Positions 30,101-39,044 of a stretch of 44,856 bases of DNA are shown here, piece by piece. The DNA lies in the NCBI GenBank assembly GCA_964345785.1, contig CAYFSR010000004.1:1-44856 (forward strand), read 5' to 3'. Numbering within the stretch: the stretch's first letter is position 1; the number at the start of each line of letters is the position of its first letter. The notes beneath the pieces were generated by a model that made no database searches, was not told the DNA's origin, and saw only the letters and a list, made by a program, of their open reading frames with translations. This DNA is from an uncultured Eubacteriales bacterium (GTDB lineage Bacteria; Bacillota; Clostridia; Caldicoprobacterales; DTU083). Position numbers and translations under genes: made by a program.

Positions 30101-30799
30101 TCATCTTCCTTTAACAAAGTTTGAAAATATATTAGAGCTTAGGAAAAAGTCTGCGAATTTTGATCCGTCTAAAAATTCTTTAATTAGATCTACAGGTGCT
30201 AGCACTAGTACTATGGGAACTATAGCAAAAACCAGATAAACCATAAAGACTCCTCGAATTATGCCGAATCCACCGCCAGCCAAACTGTCACATTTCTTCA
30301 ACACAGGTAATTCTACAACAGTCTTTCCAATAGAAATTATCACAGTAAAAGCTATTTTAATCATTATAAATAAAATTAAAAAGCTAAATATATTGACCAC
30401 CGTAATAGCCATTGCAGAATCAAAATACTCACCTAGTGTTTGTACCCCTTCTAAACTCTGTGAAAAGTCATTTAACAAAATTCTGCTAAAAGGGTTAGGG
30501 AGTTGTATCTTTTCTAAAATATCAGTGAGCTTGTCCACAGTAACGCTGCTGAGCTTCATCATCCGTTCTTCCACTGTAGGTATCTGTGCGCTGCCTTCTG
30601 TATAGAGTGTGACAGCGTTTAATAGCTTAGGAAACCTCTCCAATAATGTATTGGTTAGTGTAGGATACAAAAACAAAGATAATAGCCAGGATAGAAAAAA
30701 ACTTACAGTGTGTAAGGCAGAAAGAATTAGCCCATTATACATACCAAATATTATACTTACGCTCATAATCAAAAATATTATTATATCTACTATATTCAT
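30101..30799 (-). CDS. CvpA-family membrane protein
   Basis: 232 aa. The N-terminus MNIVDIIIFLIM...FGMYNGL and the 4-5 TM layout resemble the colicin V production (CvpA) family. This is motif-level recognition only. Confidence 0.6.
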   Translation of the reverse strand: MNIVDIIIFLIMSVSIIFGMYNGLILSALHTVSFFLSWLLSLFLYPTLTNTLLERFPKLLNAVTLYTEGSAQIPTVEERMMKLSSVTVDKLTDILEKIQLPNPFSRILLNDFSQSLEGVQTLGEYFDSAMAITVVNIFSFLILFIMIKIAFTVIISIGKTVVELPVLKKCDSLAGGGFGIIRGVFMVYLVFAIVPIVLVLAPVDLIKEFLDGSKFADFFLSSNIFSNFVKGR

Positions 30800-31926
30800 T
30801 TAGTAATGTCCTCCTGTTTCTCGCTTGTGTACAATTGTAGGATATTTTCTTTTGTTCTTACAAACAAAGTTCCTAGTCGCTGGGTGTCAAATGTAAACCA
30901 ATGCACCGGCTCCTTTAGCTTCTGCTTACTAGTAATCTTTCCTTGTTTATTTAGTACAACAATACTATGATCAGATTCTAAAGCAATATATCCCTTTTTA
31001 AAAGCTTTTAAATTAGAAAGATACTTTGGAAATATTTTAACATCATATTCTTTATCATTGACAATTATAGTATTGCCAAGTTCATCCCCAATTCTGTTTT
31101 TTTCAGGGAAGTAGAGAAACAAGCTTTCACTGCTAAAATCTACTTCGTATTGCCCTTCAGAATCATGGGGCAGAGACCAAATTAGTTCTCCTTCCATATT
31201 GTAACACAATACATCCTTGATTCCTATTAAAACTACTGAGTTTTTCAATCGGTATATATTGTATATTAACTGGTTGTCCAACGACAGAACACCATACAAC
31301 TCATCTTGATTTACATAATGGAAAATCCGTGACATAGGGACTGGAGAATTTATGCTCATAGTTAATAGAGATAGTTCCTTGTTGTAAGAATCTGCAGCTA
31401 TATACTGCATGTCGCCCGTTCCATCCAAGGAAATTAAAAAGTCGCTATTGTTAGCAAGAATGTATGGCTGCGCTACTTCATTCTCGTCTAAACGCAATAC
31501 TAACAGGAAGTCAGAAAATTCTTTCAAATCCCAGATGGTAAAATCATCATTCTCGTATACTAAGGTAAATGGCACAGTTTCCGTATTATAAATCCGATTA
31601 TTTGCCGTAACAATATAATTATCAGTATGGGCTGTAATATGGACCTGATTGTTTTCTGCTATAAGGTCATCTTGACTAAATGGTGGATCCATACTAGTTT
31701 CATCCCAATAGTAAAACCGTGATGGGGAACCACATACTATCCAACCATCACTAAAAAAGTGTAGATCCTCTTGTCCGCTAATTTTAATAGGATCTGCTGA
31801 TACAACTGGATATATCTCGGATTGATTATGCAAAGTTGAAATGAGGAGATAAACGGCAGCTATGGCTATAATAAGCATCGTTGTAAGAATTAATTTTGTT
31901 TTTCTATGCATGACTGTTTTCCTCAT
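30796..31926 (-). CDS. Hypothetical N-terminally membrane-anchored protein (376 aa)
   Basis: There is a single TM helix near the N-terminus (LILTTMLIIAIAAVYLLI), then a large aromatic- and Asn-rich extracytoplasmic region. Its stop overlaps the cvpA-like start (ATGA). Confidence 0.55.
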   Translation of the reverse strand: MRKTVMHRKTKLILTTMLIIAIAAVYLLISTLHNQSEIYPVVSADPIKISGQEDLHFFSDGWIVCGSPSRFYYWDETSMDPPFSQDDLIAENNQVHITAHTDNYIVTANNRIYNTETVPFTLVYENDDFTIWDLKEFSDFLLVLRLDENEVAQPYILANNSDFLISLDGTGDMQYIAADSYNKELSLLTMSINSPVPMSRIFHYVNQDELYGVLSLDNQLIYNIYRLKNSVVLIGIKDVLCYNMEGELIWSLPHDSEGQYEVDFSSESLFLYFPEKNRIGDELGNTIIVNDKEYDVKIFPKYLSNLKAFKKGYIALESDHSIVVLNKQGKITSKQKLKEPVHWFTFDTQRLGTLFVRTKENILQLYTSEKQEDITK

Positions 31927-32134
31927 CCTTTTTCTCTAAATTAGATATCTTTATAAATTCGATATTAATCAGCAAATTCCTGCCTGGATCATTAATACCT
32001 CCAAGGAAGTACATCTTTGAAATAATGGGTACAGGGGTCACAAGCCCTGGCAGTCATAAGTGGACGATTCCTGTACATAAAATAGGAGTAAGCAGGCAAA
32101 ATAATAGGAAATGCAGGCTAATTAGGAGGTATGT

Positions 32135-32788
32135 ATGGAGAGGAATCACGACGAAATATCTATAGACGTAAATCAAGCACATGCTTTAACCCTCTTCAGC
32201 AGAGGTTTTGAAAAACTGTTTAGTCAATTATTTACTGGTCACTATCATGACGTAGTTATACTATGTATCGGCACGGATAGATCTACAGGCGATTGCCTAG
32301 GTCCATTAGTGGGGCATAAGCTTAAGTTAATTCCCTACAATAAGATTACTATATATGGCACTTTGGACCATACGGTTCATGCTAAAAACCTGGCAAATGT
32401 AATACAAGATATAGAAGTTAATCATACAAAGCTTTTCATCATTGCTATTGATGCCTGCTTGGGCAAGGCTGAAAGGGTAGGTAAAATATGCATGGGAGAG
32501 GGCCCTTTGCGTCCTGGTGCAGGGGTAAATAAGTCTTTACCAGAGGTAGGCCATATGCATATAATTGGTGTAGTTAATATGAGTGGTTTCATGGAGTACC
32601 TGGTTTTACAAAATACCAGATTAAATTTGGTAATGAGAATGGCTGATACAATTAGCAGTGGAATTCATTTTATTATATGGAAATACGTAAAGGACGGCAG
32701 CATAAAAGCTTTGCCAAAACAAAAGCCATACATTGGTGTTTTAACAAAGCTTGAAGGAAATAATGAGGAAGGATTAAGCGGAAACTAG
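32135..32788 (+). CDS. yyaC: Putative sporulation protein YyaC (spore-protease-like)
   Basis: 217 aa. CIGTDRSTGDCLGPLVGHKL and IAIDACLG motifs are typical of the YyaC family. GGAGG RBS. Confidence 0.8.
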   Translation: MERNHDEISIDVNQAHALTLFSRGFEKLFSQLFTGHYHDVVILCIGTDRSTGDCLGPLVGHKLKLIPYNKITIYGTLDHTVHAKNLANVIQDIEVNHTKLFIIAIDACLGKAERVGKICMGEGPLRPGAGVNKSLPEVGHMHIIGVVNMSGFMEYLVLQNTRLNLVMRMADTISSGIHFIIWKYVKDGSIKALPKQKPYIGVLTKLEGNNEEGLSGN

Positions 32789-33078
32789 TAATCAAACAGG
32801 GGGCTGTAGACTCGGTTCTCTATCATATAAATAATTTGTTCGGGAGTTTTGTCCCTGGCTTGTATCAACAATATTCCTGTATTTACTTCAGTGGTACTGG
32901 ACATAAAGCTATTGTTCAATGAGCTGTGTAAACTATGCTGACCTAAGGCATTATTATCTTGGTATATGTATGCCGACACCCATGCATCCATTTCATCTGC
33001 AAATACTGTGTGGTACCCGTTCTCTTCAAGTATCTGCTTAAGTGGTTCTAAACCTCTTTCCAAGGCAATGGTTTTCAA
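32785..33078 (-). CDS. ykuS: YkuS / UPF0180 family protein
   Basis: With TTG 33078 as start, 5 nt after a GGGAGGTG RBS, the product begins MKTIALERGLEPLKQILEENGYHTV, typical of YkuS. It is about 97 aa. Confidence 0.7.
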   Translation of the reverse strand: MKTIALERGLEPLKQILEENGYHTVFADEMDAWVSAYIYQDNNALGQHSLHSSLNNSFMSSTTEVNTGILLIQARDKTPEQIIYMIENRVYSPLFDY

Positions 33079-33152
33079 AAAAACACCTCCCATAACATAC
33101 TATTGATATTATGCCGGGTAGGTGTTTCTTTTATACTTATTTTCAAGACTGA

Positions 33153-33644
33153 TTAAAAAGCTTGTTCAATGGCTTTCTTCTCTTCATCAGACAGGGGATA
33201 GCTAGACTGCATAGCTTTTATGGGCTTTGCAAAGGTGGTTGAGGCGTTGCGTCCGTAGAGGCTGGTTAAAACAAAACCATCTCCGTTTTCATCTAAAAGG
33301 GCCAGAGAAAAGCTTTGATCGCTTCCCATACCATCAAAGGCATTGTATCGAACAACCCCAACATTTTGTATACTTCGTCTTAACCGTCTGTTCAATGCTA
33401 AGTATGACTCATCAAGCTCTTTTATCCGATTCATACCTGCATCCAAAGCATCAAGATGTTTGTAGAGCATGATCTCCAGATTTTTGTTATCTGCGCCTCT
33501 CATTAGGCGTTTATATTTACGCATTATCTTAGTAGTTCGGATAATGTTGTATGCTAGCAATATAAAGGAGATTATAGACAGGATAGCTGCAGCTAATGTT
33601 ATCTCAGGGCTGTAATTACGTAAGAAATTTAGCAGTTGCTCCAT
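33153..33644 (-). CDS. DUF4446 family protein
   Basis: 163 aa with an N-terminal TM helix, a coiled region and then VGVVRYNAFDGMGSDQSFSLALLDENGDGFVLTSLYGR. This family commonly neighbours parB. Confidence 0.7.
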   Translation of the reverse strand: MEQLLNFLRNYSPEITLAAAILSIISFILLAYNIIRTTKIMRKYKRLMRGADNKNLEIMLYKHLDALDAGMNRIKELDESYLALNRRLRRSIQNVGVVRYNAFDGMGSDQSFSLALLDENGDGFVLTSLYGRNASTTFAKPIKAMQSSYPLSDEEKKAIEQAF

Positions 33645-33659
33645 TGAATTCTCCTCCTT

Positions 33660-34541
33660 TTAGGTATTTCCAAATACGCGCATGGATAATGGTTTAATTA
33701 GCAATGTTATTGGTGTCTTCATGGGTGATTCTCCATCTACATTGACTGCAAGAGGCTCTTTAGACGAAATCTGAACCTCTTTACATTGATAGCTTGTTAC
33801 ATAGGGTAAGCTGAGATGGTCTCCTTTTATAAACTTCATTAATAAAAATGGTATTTTATATCGTGGCACCGGACTGATCATGATAACGTCCAATAGGCCA
33901 TCTGTAACAGAGCCCTTAGGATTGATCATCATACCTCCACCGTAACATATGCCATTACAAACAGCAGCCAAAAAAACCTTTGCTGCTTTCTTCTCACCGT
34001 CTATTAATAATTCAACATCCTTTGGTTTGTAAGTGAGAAATTTCAAAAATACCGATATCAAATATGCTCCCTTACCCTTTATAAAACGCTTAATCTTATG
34101 AAGGTCCTGTATAATTTCTGCGTCAAAACCAACGCTTGCAATATTAAGAAAAACCCTGCCGTTAAAAGCGACGAGATCCACGTTTTGTGCTGTGTTTTCA
34201 GCAATGATTTTCAGGGCATTTTCCACTTGGGAAAATTCAACAGGTATTTTCATTGCTCTGGCAAAGTCATTACCTTTGCCCAAAGGTAAGATGCCCAAGG
34301 GAATATCCGTGTCCATCAAGCCATTGCTTACCTCTAAGACAGTTCCATCACCACCAACTGCTACTACAGCAGAGTAAGCAGAGCAATGCTCCTTCACAAT
34401 ACGTGTAGCATCTCTAGGCCCTAAGGTTTCCATGATGGTACATTGTATTCCTCTTTGATGACAAAAGTTTCTTATGACTGGAATGGCATCCTTAGTTTTC
34501 CCTTTTCCAGCAATAGGGTTTATTATAAATAGTAATTTCAT
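33660..34541 (-). CDS. Diacylglycerol kinase-family lipid kinase (YegS/BmrU/DagK-like)
   Basis: 293 aa with the motifs IINPIAGKGK and VAVGGDGTVLEVSNGL. Confidence 0.85.
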   Translation of the reverse strand: MKLLFIINPIAGKGKTKDAIPVIRNFCHQRGIQCTIMETLGPRDATRIVKEHCSAYSAVVAVGGDGTVLEVSNGLMDTDIPLGILPLGKGNDFARAMKIPVEFSQVENALKIIAENTAQNVDLVAFNGRVFLNIASVGFDAEIIQDLHKIKRFIKGKGAYLISVFLKFLTYKPKDVELLIDGEKKAAKVFLAAVCNGICYGGGMMINPKGSVTDGLLDVIMISPVPRYKIPFLLMKFIKGDHLSLPYVTSYQCKEVQISSKEPLAVNVDGESPMKTPITLLIKPLSMRVFGNT

Positions 34542-34561
34542 AGATATGATGTCCCCCTGGC

Positions 34562-35893
34562 TTACCTGAATAAGTAGCCTCTATTTCTTCTTCTCTTTTT
34601 TCTACGGAATATCAGTATAAGTATAAGTAGTAAAACTAAAATTCCGATGAAGATAATCTCTACTGCTATTTCATATCCTCCGATGTTGACTGAAGTAATG
34701 AGCTCTTCACCTTTATTATCTGAGCTCGATTTATTTTCGAGTGGCTCTGTCTCTGTTGGAGCAGGAGTAGGTTCTGGGGTAGGAGGAGGCTCTATTGAAT
34801 GTATTTCTTCTTCCATCCACATCATAAATAAGGCATTATTCATAACATTGTTCTTAGCAGAATCCAAATAAGCATGCATATCAGCATCGGAAGCCTGGCT
34901 AGACTTCATATATGCATACTTATCGTATATAATTCGATTCCTGAAGCTTTCCTCGAACTGACCAAAAATAAATTGTTCATCTAATCGGTCAAAGAGAGTA
35001 ATTGCCTCACTATGTTGGTACAAACCTTGATGGGAAATAGCTTGTAAATATATAAGCTCATTTTTCCATGGAGTCTCAGTATTAGTCGTCAAGTATTCAT
35101 CAATTAGCTTGATGGCTTTGTCATAAGACTTATTGGTAAAGGCTTCAACTATATTTTCGATTAAGCGATCATTGCCGGCTTGTGTATTTAAGTATTCACC
35201 TGCTATCTGATCCAGGGATTGATAATAGACTTTGATAGGTGATTGAGGGTAACCATTGTTGTATTGCCAGGTTAACCGGCCTTTTCCGTCATAATCATGG
35301 GGAAGTAAAGGTGAATTTGGGTAAAACATATATGGCATAGCATTACCGAAGTCCAAAGTAAATCGTATATTTAGAGGCGTATTAGACCATGCCTTTAAAT
35401 ATTCAAAGGAAAGGAAAGCCATATGGCTTCCACTATCATCCATTTGGTTTTCAGTCTCGTAGGAGAACTCAATTAACTTGTGCTCTCCTGGCTCAATATC
35501 TAACCTCCAGGTCAACCAATTTCTAGGCTGATCACCTATAGAGCTGTCGTCTGCAGGCCTGTTTCTACGTGAAGTAAGCCGTTGTTGAACTCCGTCCATA
35601 TAAACTACTATATCATTCACTGGGATTGAGCTCTCTGATAAGTGCGAAGGTATGCCAATTGTGAATCTGGACAGGGCTTCTTCACCGGTATTCTTCAATA
35701 TCAATTTTGCATTGGTTTTTGTAAGATTGGATTCAACCCTATGGTAAGATTCATAGGATACAACTTGAATAGTGCTGTCTTCAAATAACCTGACATTAGA
35801 ATTTACCCTTGATAATGGAGAAATCATGGCATGTGCGGATAAGGGTGCAGCCAAGATAATTAAAGATAGTAACAGCATGCAAAATTTTTTCAA
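34562..35893 (-). CDS. Hypothetical secreted protein tethered by a C-terminal TM helix
   Basis: 443 aa, TTG start. It has a signal peptide (LLSLIILAAPLSAHA), a roughly 200-aa beta-rich region, a helical TPR-like region and a Pro/Thr linker (EPPPTPEPTPAPTETEP). A C-terminal TM helix is followed by a basic stop-transfer tail (RRKKRRRNRG). Confidence 0.6.
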   Translation of the reverse strand: MKKFCMLLLSLIILAAPLSAHAMISPLSRVNSNVRLFEDSTIQVVSYESYHRVESNLTKTNAKLILKNTGEEALSRFTIGIPSHLSESSIPVNDIVVYMDGVQQRLTSRRNRPADDSSIGDQPRNWLTWRLDIEPGEHKLIEFSYETENQMDDSGSHMAFLSFEYLKAWSNTPLNIRFTLDFGNAMPYMFYPNSPLLPHDYDGKGRLTWQYNNGYPQSPIKVYYQSLDQIAGEYLNTQAGNDRLIENIVEAFTNKSYDKAIKLIDEYLTTNTETPWKNELIYLQAISHQGLYQHSEAITLFDRLDEQFIFGQFEESFRNRIIYDKYAYMKSSQASDADMHAYLDSAKNNVMNNALFMMWMEEEIHSIEPPPTPEPTPAPTETEPLENKSSSDNKGEELITSVNIGGYEIAVEIIFIGILVLLLILILIFRRKKRRRNRGYLFR

Positions 35894-36264
35894 AATCCAA
35901 CCTACCTTTCGCTTAATAGCGCCTTTGAGTGACTAACTATGTTGATATATAAAACACTAGTACAAGCATTAATAATATAAACTAAATTTTATCATATTCA
36001 AATAGAAAGAACAAGATTAGCGCAGACTATATTGTTACCAAACAAGCCTATTTCTGACTGCTTACGGCCTTGCAGGGGAAATATGACAATAAGCGACCTA
36101 TACTGCTCCCATTTTAACAGTATATTTGTCAGGATATAACGAATGTTACAATATGGTGCCGATTGAAAATAATGGGAAATAATTCGGGAAATGTAGGCAT
36201 TTAGCAAGTTACAATCGAATACTAAAATAGCCCATAAAGCCTTTAAATCTAGGGAGGAGTTATT

Positions 36265-37356
36265 TTGAAAAAATCACCTGTTTCAACCATGTTACTTATT
36301 CGGGTCTGCCTGCTGCTTTTCTGTACAGTTCTTGCTTTGCAGACAGATGCACGAGGATATTTTCCCATGAGTGTTATTCTACTAAGCTATGGATTATATC
36401 AAATTATAGTGCTAGGCATGTACTGGTTTCTTATGAAAATTTCAGCAGCCTGTATCCTGCTCTCTACAGCTGACATGCTGATAACCCAGATATTTATTCT
36501 TATTAGTGGAGGATTGGACAGCCCTTTTCTGATATGCTTATGTATACCTGTGTTTACTATGCATTTTCTTTACGGAGTCAGAGGTCTGATTGGAGGAACT
36601 GTTGGAGTTCTAGTAGGTTTTTCTGCAATGATACCTGCTATAACAAATATGCCAGATGCCATACTAAATATATGGGACATGCTCATGATCAATGGAATTG
36701 GATTGATTCTATTCTATGTCATTCCTTATACATTGCTAAGCCGAGGAGTAAAGAACACAGATCAACTACAAAACTTACAAAAAGAGCATTGCGAATTGGA
36801 TAAGATGAATCATAAGCTGTTAGCCTTGTTTGAAATGGCTGGACGTTTTCGATTGGATAAGGGTATTACTCAGAATATGAATAGGTTCTTTCCTTTTTGT
36901 AGCGAATTATTTTCTTCAGAAGGGGTGTGTATATTCTTAATTCGCAGCGGGGAAGTAGAAATATTTGGAACACCCCCTACTGCTGAGGAAAAAGAGGGCA
37001 TTTACCAAATGATTCTAGAACAAAGGAATAAAAGTACTAAAGAATCAAAAAATGATTTTGTTTTTCGTGAAAAAGCGCTGGTTATTCCTCTTATTCGTGG
37101 TAATCGAACTGATGGAATTCTATATTTTAGCTATTGGAATAAACGTGAGATAACCAATGGAGACGCTGTTATGTTCACTATGATCGCTAATATGTTGTGC
37201 ACATATCTGGAAAACCTTGATTATCTGGAAGTCATAAAAACCCAATCCCTATCAAATACCAGTATTTTATTAAACCACTTGGACTCGGGTAAGCCTGTTA
37301 AAGGCATTTTAGACAAACGTATTATTTCTCAGGAACTAGTCAGCCAGGAGGTATAA
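36265..37356 (+). CDS. Multi-pass membrane protein with a C-terminal GAF-like domain and no output domain
   Basis: 363 aa, TTG start 6 nt after GGGAGGAG. About 5 TM helices occupy residues 1-165. The soluble region ends in a GAF-like pattern (ALVIPLIRGNRTDGILYFSYWNKREITNGDAVMFTMIANML). Confidence 0.6.
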   Translation: MKKSPVSTMLLIRVCLLLFCTVLALQTDARGYFPMSVILLSYGLYQIIVLGMYWFLMKISAACILLSTADMLITQIFILISGGLDSPFLICLCIPVFTMHFLYGVRGLIGGTVGVLVGFSAMIPAITNMPDAILNIWDMLMINGIGLILFYVIPYTLLSRGVKNTDQLQNLQKEHCELDKMNHKLLALFEMAGRFRLDKGITQNMNRFFPFCSELFSSEGVCIFLIRSGEVEIFGTPPTAEEKEGIYQMILEQRNKSTKESKNDFVFREKALVIPLIRGNRTDGILYFSYWNKREITNGDAVMFTMIANMLCTYLENLDYLEVIKTQSLSNTSILLNHLDSGKPVKGILDKRIISQELVSQEV

Positions 37357-37471
37357 TAACACCATTTATTAAAAACCATATAATGACAATAAAACATTGT
37401 TATAAAAAAAAGCATGAAATGAGCTTTATTAATAAATACTAATACCATCACAATGAAAAGGAGGAAAAACA

Positions 37472-37609
37472 ATGTGGTGGGATCCATGGAACGGCTTTGG
37501 CAATAGCTCATTTTTACCTTTTGGTATAATTCGACCTGATGGTGACGAAAACAACACAAAAAATAGCAATGACTCCTATCATGTGTATGTTAACGGAGAT
37601 TATGTATGA
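37472..37609 (+). CDS. Small protein (45 aa), with the reading frame staying open for 60 more codons beyond an in-frame TGA (to 37792)
   Basis: AGGAGG RBS lies 7 nt before ATG 37472. The product is MWWDPWNGFGNSSFLPFGIIRPDGDENNTKNSNDSYHVYVNGDYV, then TGA. The same frame continues stop-free to TAA 37790-37792, followed by a strong terminator. Confidence 0.45.
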   Translation: MWWDPWNGFGNSSFLPFGIIRPDGDENNTKNSNDSYHVYVNGDYV

Positions 37610-37826
37610 GATAAGGAACTGATTAGTCAAGGAGAAGAAGGTACATCAGTCATCCATGATTATTTACAGTCCAGAGGATTTCAAGATTTTGGAGTAAAGC
37701 TCGAGGGTGATAGAATTGATGTTGAATCAGAAGAGCCACACCAGTCTGATGATATGAAGAGACATTTAGCTGTTTATTTGAGTATCAGGTAAGCATAGGA
37801 GTAATGCTAGATGAATATAATTAACC

Positions 37827-37854
37827 AGCTACAGCTATAGTGCTGTAGCTTTTT
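37827..37854 (+). terminator. Rho-independent terminator
   Basis: AGCTACAGC-TATAGT-GCTGTAGCT followed by TTTT; the stem is 9 bp and perfect. Confidence 0.85.
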
Positions 37855-38069
37855 CATCGTGAAACAGCTTAGGCATTGCCTGAAAATGCTACTTCTTCCT
37901 AATTCACTGCATTAGGACAGTACAGTAACAGTCAAACTATTAGTATTAGTTAAGAGAAAATGAGGGAAGGAAAGAGGGCTGTAGTGTAGAATATAATTAT
38001 TTAAGTAAGCTTTGAACAGGTGAATTACTGCCATAGTAGAAGTTACAATAAAATAAAGGGGTTCTGTGG

Positions 38070-39044
38070 ATGGACTTTCATGAAATACAAAGCTTGTCGG
38101 AAAGGTTAAAAGCAAATGTACAGAAAGTAATCGTAGGTAAGTCAGAGGTTATTGATCACTTGATGATTGCCTTAATTGTATCGGGTCACATCCTTCTGGA
38201 AGATGTTCCAGGTACAGGAAAGACTTTACTGGCCAAGTCTGTAGCCCGGTCCTTGAATATGGAGTTTAAGAGAATTCAATTCACACCAGACCTGCTTCCA
38301 ACAGATATCAGCGGCCTAAACTATTACAATCAAAAAGCTGAGGAATTTGTCTTTCGGCCAGGTCCGGTATTTAGCAATATTTTGTTGGCGGATGAAATTA
38401 ATCGTGCAACACCTAGAACTCAGTCTAGTCTTTTAGAATGTATGGAAGAGTATCAGGTGACCATAGATGGAGAGACCAGGCCCCTGGATAGACCATTTTT
38501 GGTAATCGCAACCCAAAATCCCGTAGAAATCCAAGGTACCTTTCCATTGCCAGAAGCTCAATTGGATCGCTTTTTGCTAAAGATGAAAATGGGTTATCCA
38601 TCTACCGAGGAGGGTATGGAAGTCTTAAAACGATTTAAGGGGAATCAGCCATTAGAGGAAATTGAGCCCGTTGCCTCTAAGGCGGAGATTTTGCAAGCTC
38701 AACGAAGCTACTCCAATACCTATGTTAGTGACGATATTATACAATATATCATGGATATAGTAGAAAGAACGCGAAAGCATACGGATGTTGTTTTAGGTGT
38801 CAGCCCTCGTGGCAGCCAAGCATTACTCAAATGCATTCAAGCACATGCCATTCTTAAAGGGCGCTCCTATGTAACTCCCGATGATGTGAAAGCCATGGTT
38901 AAGCCTACCTTAGGCCATCGTATAATTTTGAAGAATACTTCAAGGCTGAAGGAAAATTACAACGAACAAATTTTAGATCAGATTGTCCGGGATACTCCGG
39001 TTCCCTCTGAAGAGAATCTGATGAAAAGAGGAATGGATTTATAA
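38070..39044 (+). CDS. moxR: MoxR-family AAA+ ATPase
   Basis: 324 aa with Walker A DVPGTGKT and Walker B/sensor LLADEINRATPRTQSSLLECMEE. The length is typical for MoxR. Confidence 0.92.
   Translation: MDFHEIQSLSERLKANVQKVIVGKSEVIDHLMIALIVSGHILLEDVPGTGKTLLAKSVARSLNMEFKRIQFTPDLLPTDISGLNYYNQKAEEFVFRPGPVFSNILLADEINRATPRTQSSLLECMEEYQVTIDGETRPLDRPFLVIATQNPVEIQGTFPLPEAQLDRFLLKMKMGYPSTEEGMEVLKRFKGNQPLEEIEPVASKAEILQAQRSYSNTYVSDDIIQYIMDIVERTRKHTDVVLGVSPRGSQALLKCIQAHAILKGRSYVTPDDVKAMVKPTLGHRIILKNTSRLKENYNEQILDQIVRDTPVPSEENLMKRGMDL

Noticed and set aside
35998-36207. 69-aa minus-strand ORF in the 370-bp spacer upstream of the membrane-GAF gene
   Set aside because: It has no RBS and no recognisable motif, and it sits in a divergent promoter region. 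I also looked for a riboswitch-like fold here and recognised none.
37329-37559. 76-aa minus-strand ORF (also 37912-38115 and 36534-36803)
   Set aside because: These ORFs lie antisense to, or out of frame with, better-supported ORFs or the RBS-bearing small gene. They lack RBSs and have AT-rich-frame composition.
37607-37660. Selenocysteine (SECIS) interpretation of the in-frame TGA
   Set aside because: Only a 6-bp stem with a 21-nt loop follows the TGA, and there is no Cys/redox motif context. No selenoprotein machinery is visible in the window. I kept it only as a low-probability alternative in the finding.
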